A DNA stretch of 6,844 bases, taken from assembly GCF_006345805.1 (NCBI RefSeq), contig NW_021829155.1, forward strand, positions 1-6,844, in the 5' to 3' direction. How positions within the stretch are numbered: position 1 is the first letter of the stretch; each line of letters starts with the position of its first letter. Of this stretch, positions 5,832 through 6,844 are shown one piece after another. This DNA is from Octopus sinensis. Lineage: Eukaryota. The translations under genes and the position numbers were made by a program. The notes beneath the pieces are model-generated. The model did not search any database, had not been told where the DNA came from, and saw only the letters and a program-made list of their open reading frames with translations.

Positions 5832-6189
5832 ATTCTATGATGGCTTCCAAGGAAAGACAATGTGATTGAGTGACAGCTTTATTTTCCACTCTTTAATTAA
5901 ATGAACACTTAATCCGTTTTAAGTGTTACAGTAGTGCAGGGGTGTCTTAACAGCATTATCGCCTCCACATCCACGGGCCGTTGCCTTAACACAGCACCAC
6001 ACCACAGGACATCGTTACACCATGGAACTCTGTCTTTCCCAGTTCGCTCAGTCTCTGATTTTAAATTCACTCAAAGCAACAAGGTTTAGTAAAATAATGA
6101 CTGGGGACTCCCTCTGCACAAAACTCAATAGTTAAGCTATCGTCTGAAGCCTGACATAATAATTCTTCGTGTTCTTCTAATCGAGAAAT

Positions 6190-6534
6190 GTGAAAGCACA
6201 TGGCTCAGTGGTTAGAGCATCGGGCTCACAATCATGAGGTAGTGAGTTCGATTCCCGGACCGGGCTGTGTGTTGTGTCCTTGAGCAAGACACTTTATTTC
6301 ACGTTACTCCACTTCACTCGGCTGTATCAATAAGTTGTGACGTCAGTGGTGCCAAGCTGTATCGGCCCCTTTGCCTTTCTCTTGGGTAACATCAGAGGCG
6401 TGGAGAGAGTTGGTCAGTATGCATGGGCGACTGCTGGTCTTCCATAAAACAACCTTAACCTGGACCTGTGCCTCGGAGGGTAACTTTCTAGGTGCAATCC
6501 TATGGCCCTTCATGATCGAAGGGGTTCTTTACTT
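6190..6534 (+). mobile_element. Full-length tRNA-derived CORE-like SINE (family B head, different body) with an 11-bp TSD
   Basis: A box TGGCTCAGTGG (6201-6211), B box GTTCGATTCCC (6246-6256), and core TGTGTCCTTGAGCAAGACACTTTA. It is flanked by TAATCGAGAAA (6178-6188) and TAATCTAGAAA (6535-6545), 10 of 11 identical. Confidence 0.85.
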
Positions 6535-6546
6535 TAATCTAGAAAC

Positions 6547-6673
6547 GCGGAGGATTGTCAGAGTCGTTTCCCGTCTTCTGAGTTCAAATCCTGCCTTGGT
6601 CAATTTTGTCATTCATCCTCTCAGGATCGACAAATTTCAGTTACAGCCCAAAACTAGGCTCCATGTGATCGAC
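6547..6673 (+). mobile_element. Old, internally deleted copy of SINE family A
   Basis: TGTCAGAGTCGTT resembles the head TGGCAGAAACGTT. It is followed by TTCTGAGTTCAAATCCTGCCTTGGTCAATTTTGTCATTCATCCTCTCAGGATCGACAAA...ATGTGATCGAC, collinear with the minus strand of 958-1055. Confidence 0.65.
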
Positions 6674-6813
6674 CAGCCCGCTCTTCCTTCATCCCCTTCT
6701 CCCACCTAAATTACTAGTTTCGTAAGTTTTATTAGAAATAATTGTTATAAATCACAGCAGATCGGAAATCTGTCTGTCTTGATTTTCTTGGTTACTTTAG
6801 AATTTAAAACATA

Positions 6814-6844
6814 GGTGTAGGCGTGGCTGTGGTAAGCAACTTGT
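6814..6844 (+). mobile_element. Start of a SINE family C head, cut by the window edge
   Basis: Matches the minus-strand head at 5787-5755 at 24 of 33 columns and contains the A-box-like TGGCTGTGGT. Confidence 0.5.

Noticed and set aside
5142-5869. ORFs 5142-5375, 5627-5869 and 5662-5865
   Set aside because: These are alternative or antisense frames of the RTE plus the (CA)n tract (HT repeats).
5904-5927. 9-bp hairpin AACACTTAA-N6-TTAAGTGTT as a terminator or Helitron end
   Set aside because: The stem is AT-rich, no CTRR terminus follows, and one such hairpin in this window length is near chance expectation.
5937-5950. CAGGGGTGTC as another hAT TIR
   Set aside because: The match is only 10 bp, and there is no partner inverted copy or TSD.
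6190-6260. tRNA gene (also 1850-1919)
   Set aside because: A and B boxes are present, but I see no paired acceptor or anticodon stems, and the sequence continues into a shared SINE core.
6371-6709. 112-aa ORF
   Set aside because: It lies across two SINE copies and has no protein motif.

Overview
Eukaryotic, repeat-dense non-coding DNA with no intact protein-coding or RNA gene. About three quarters of the window (hand tally) is transposable-element debris and simple repeats. The SINE heads and bodies and the long (TA)n/(CA)n tracts resemble octopus-type cephalopod genomes; this is recalled similarity, not a database result. From left to right: (1) a 20-unit, 35-bp G-rich minisatellite that appears to lie inside a hAT-type DNA transposon ending at 868; (2) a tRNA-derived SINE on the minus strand; (3) a second, CORE-like SINE split by a 430-bp CR1-clade LINE 3' fragment; (4) a multiply deleted mariner transposase fossil; (5) a compound microsatellite block; (6) a 214-bp mariner MITE with TA duplications; (7) a SINE 3' half abutting a dead RTE-clade reverse transcriptase fragment, whose 5' end is fused to a 45-bp SINE head; (8) a cluster of three SINEs at the right edge. 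All supplied ORFs are TE remnants, their antisense shadows or repeat artefacts. I see no convincing new biological system. The best leads are the minisatellite-carrying hAT element and the SINE-head/RTE chimera.
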